Shown here: positions 62,166 through 64,000 of the stretch, one piece after another
How positions within the stretch are numbered: the stretch's first letter is position 1
Layout of the letters: each line of letters begins with the position of its first letter
Source: Octopus bimaculoides
Taxonomy: Eukaryota
Direction of reading: 5' to 3'
DNA: 64,000 bases
NCBI RefSeq assembly: GCF_001194135.2
Contig: NC_069001.1
Span: 31,201,590 to 31,265,589, forward strand
Notes under the pieces: model-generated
The model's database searches: none
What the model was told of the DNA's origin: nothing
What the model saw: only the letters and a program-made list of their open reading frames with translations
Made by a program: the position numbers and the translations under genes

Positions 62166-62958
62166 TTTATGCCGATGAAAGTGAAAATATTCTTTCATTA
62201 CTACAAATTCAACAATTACAGTTATTATTCTTGTTGTTCTCCGGAAATAAAATACAATTAGTATGATTTTGTAAATATATATTTTTTAGGGTTGTAATTA
62301 ATAAGAAAGAAAGATAACACCGTTGATACAGAAATACGTTCATTAAATATGATAAATGAGAGAGAGATAGAGGAAGATGGAGGGTGAGTGGGAGAAAGAA
62401 TATCGCAATTTTTATTTGTGTTTTCTAAGGACGGTTGGTTTGACGCCATTTTGGATTTTTTTATGTGGTCGTGCTAGTAATTCTGTCTCATATTTACGTT
62501 TATGTATTTAAGTTGACAACAACATTTATGGAACATTAAGGACCGATGTTATTTAATGCTATTGCTCAGAATAAAAAAAAATGAAAATAAAAACCCAACG
62601 AAAATCACAACGCCATTAAAATAATTAGCGATTCTCTTCTGAGAATACGTTATTTGTTTTTAAAGCATTTGACATGGTTATCGTCAGACTGGCCATAAAC
62701 CTTAATTTATAACTTTACGCACACACTTCACTCGTTGGCAATTTAAAGTAATAGCACTGGATATTTTGCGTTTTTCTTTTACGTTTTTAAAATTCAATTA
62801 ACCCATGTAAATTAAACGAGACTAACATAGGCGCCATTATCTTGTTCCTCATCCTGCTAGAAATAGAAACCAAGTTTCATTAAACTGTACATTAATCTTA
62901 CAAAATGATAAGGACAATTTTTGGATGTTGTAGTTCTCGATATGCTATTTGTCGTTCA

Positions 62959-63352
62959 TCTTTAACTTCTTTCAGTCATTAGACTGCGGTCATACTGGGG
63001 CACTGTCTTGAAGAATTTTAGTCGATCAAATCATCCCCAGTATTTATTTTTAATGGGTGGCACTTATTCTGTCGGTCGCTTTGCGTAACCGCTAAGTTTC
63101 GAAGAAGTAAACAAACCAACACTGCTTGTGAAGTGGTAGGGGAACCGATACAAACACAGACACTTACACGCATACATATACATATATATACATGTATATA
63201 CGACGGGCTTCTTTCAGTTTCCGTCTACCAACTCCACTCACAAGGCTTTGGTCATCCCGAGTCTATAGCAAAAGACACTTGCCGAAGGTACCACGCGGTG
63301 AGAATGAACCCGAATCCATGTGGCTGGAAAGTAAACTTCTTGCCACGCATCC
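62959..63352 (-). mobile_element. SINE family A
   Basis: Tail TTCAGTCATTAGACTGCGGTCATACTGG; head CGACGGGCTTCTTTCAGTTTCCGTCTACC. Confidence 0.85.
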
Positions 63353-63618
63353 AGAATAAAATACAAGGACATGCTGTTGATGAATAAACTTCATCTTTAG
63401 GAAACAAAGCAAAGCCACCGTCATGCCTACATGACCTTCCCTGCCGAAATACACCAGTGGATTTAAAAACTAAAACGATACAAGTATAATCATTTAATTA
63501 CATTGGGTAACACGATTTTTGTGCTTGGGTAGCAACAGTTATTTCCTGTTTGCTGACCCCTAGAGAGCATGAAAGATTGTTAATATTTCCTTCAAGTTTT
63601 ACTTGAGTTACATTTATT

Positions 63619-63795
63619 CAAATCCCCCAAAATCCCTTTCAACTCATGGCTGTGATACTCCACCACTACTCCCGCTCATGATCAGAGATACGCATATCGT
63701 CAGCCAGTAAGGTTTATGCTCAAGCGGTTAAGGTGAAACAACTGACAATCAAATCTGTAGTATTGAGCAGAATATTTGTTATAACAATGTTTCTG
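63619..63795 (-). mobile_element. Interspersed repeat family F fragment
   Basis: Reverse-complement match to 53110-53230. Confidence 0.7.
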
Positions 63796-64000
63796 CTTCA
63801 GTAACACAGCACTGAATCTGCCTGAAATGTAATGGAAAATGGGTGTTTCAAAACATTGATGTCCATCTCACAAAAGCAAAGTTTGAAGAGAATAGTAGGC
63901 ATTTCCTTAGTGTATAACACACACACATACAAAAATCGTTTTTAACAGGGGAACTCGAAATATATAAAGGTATACTTAATAATATATATATATAATCCAG

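Overview
Repeat-saturated, AT-rich animal non-coding DNA from a gapped short-read assembly; many of the N-runs abut (TA)n/(CA)n/(GA)n tracts. The SINE families look like those of an octopod cephalopod (inference from recalled consensus sequences, not a search). No confident host protein-coding gene was found, and nearly all listed ORFs are microsatellite or N-gap artefacts. Content: about 40 tRNA-derived SINE copies or fragments from at least 4 families; degenerate LINE pieces (RTE x3, CR1-group, L1/Tx1, possible R4-like tail); Tc1/mariner and pogo-like relics; two related fold-back elements; and long trinucleotide arrays. The most notable signal is a set of type I hammerhead-ribozyme motifs from at least 3 unrelated sequence families. 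One lies in a ~285-nt element that combines a tRNA-Ser-like Pol III head with a minimal Penelope-type hammerhead. Both copies of that element in the window (3403-3687 and 60016-60124) end at their 5' side in a head-to-head fold-back duplication. This suggests a Pol III, ribozyme-bearing, Penelope-mobilised non-autonomous retroelement. Self-cleavage, transcription and novelty are all untested.
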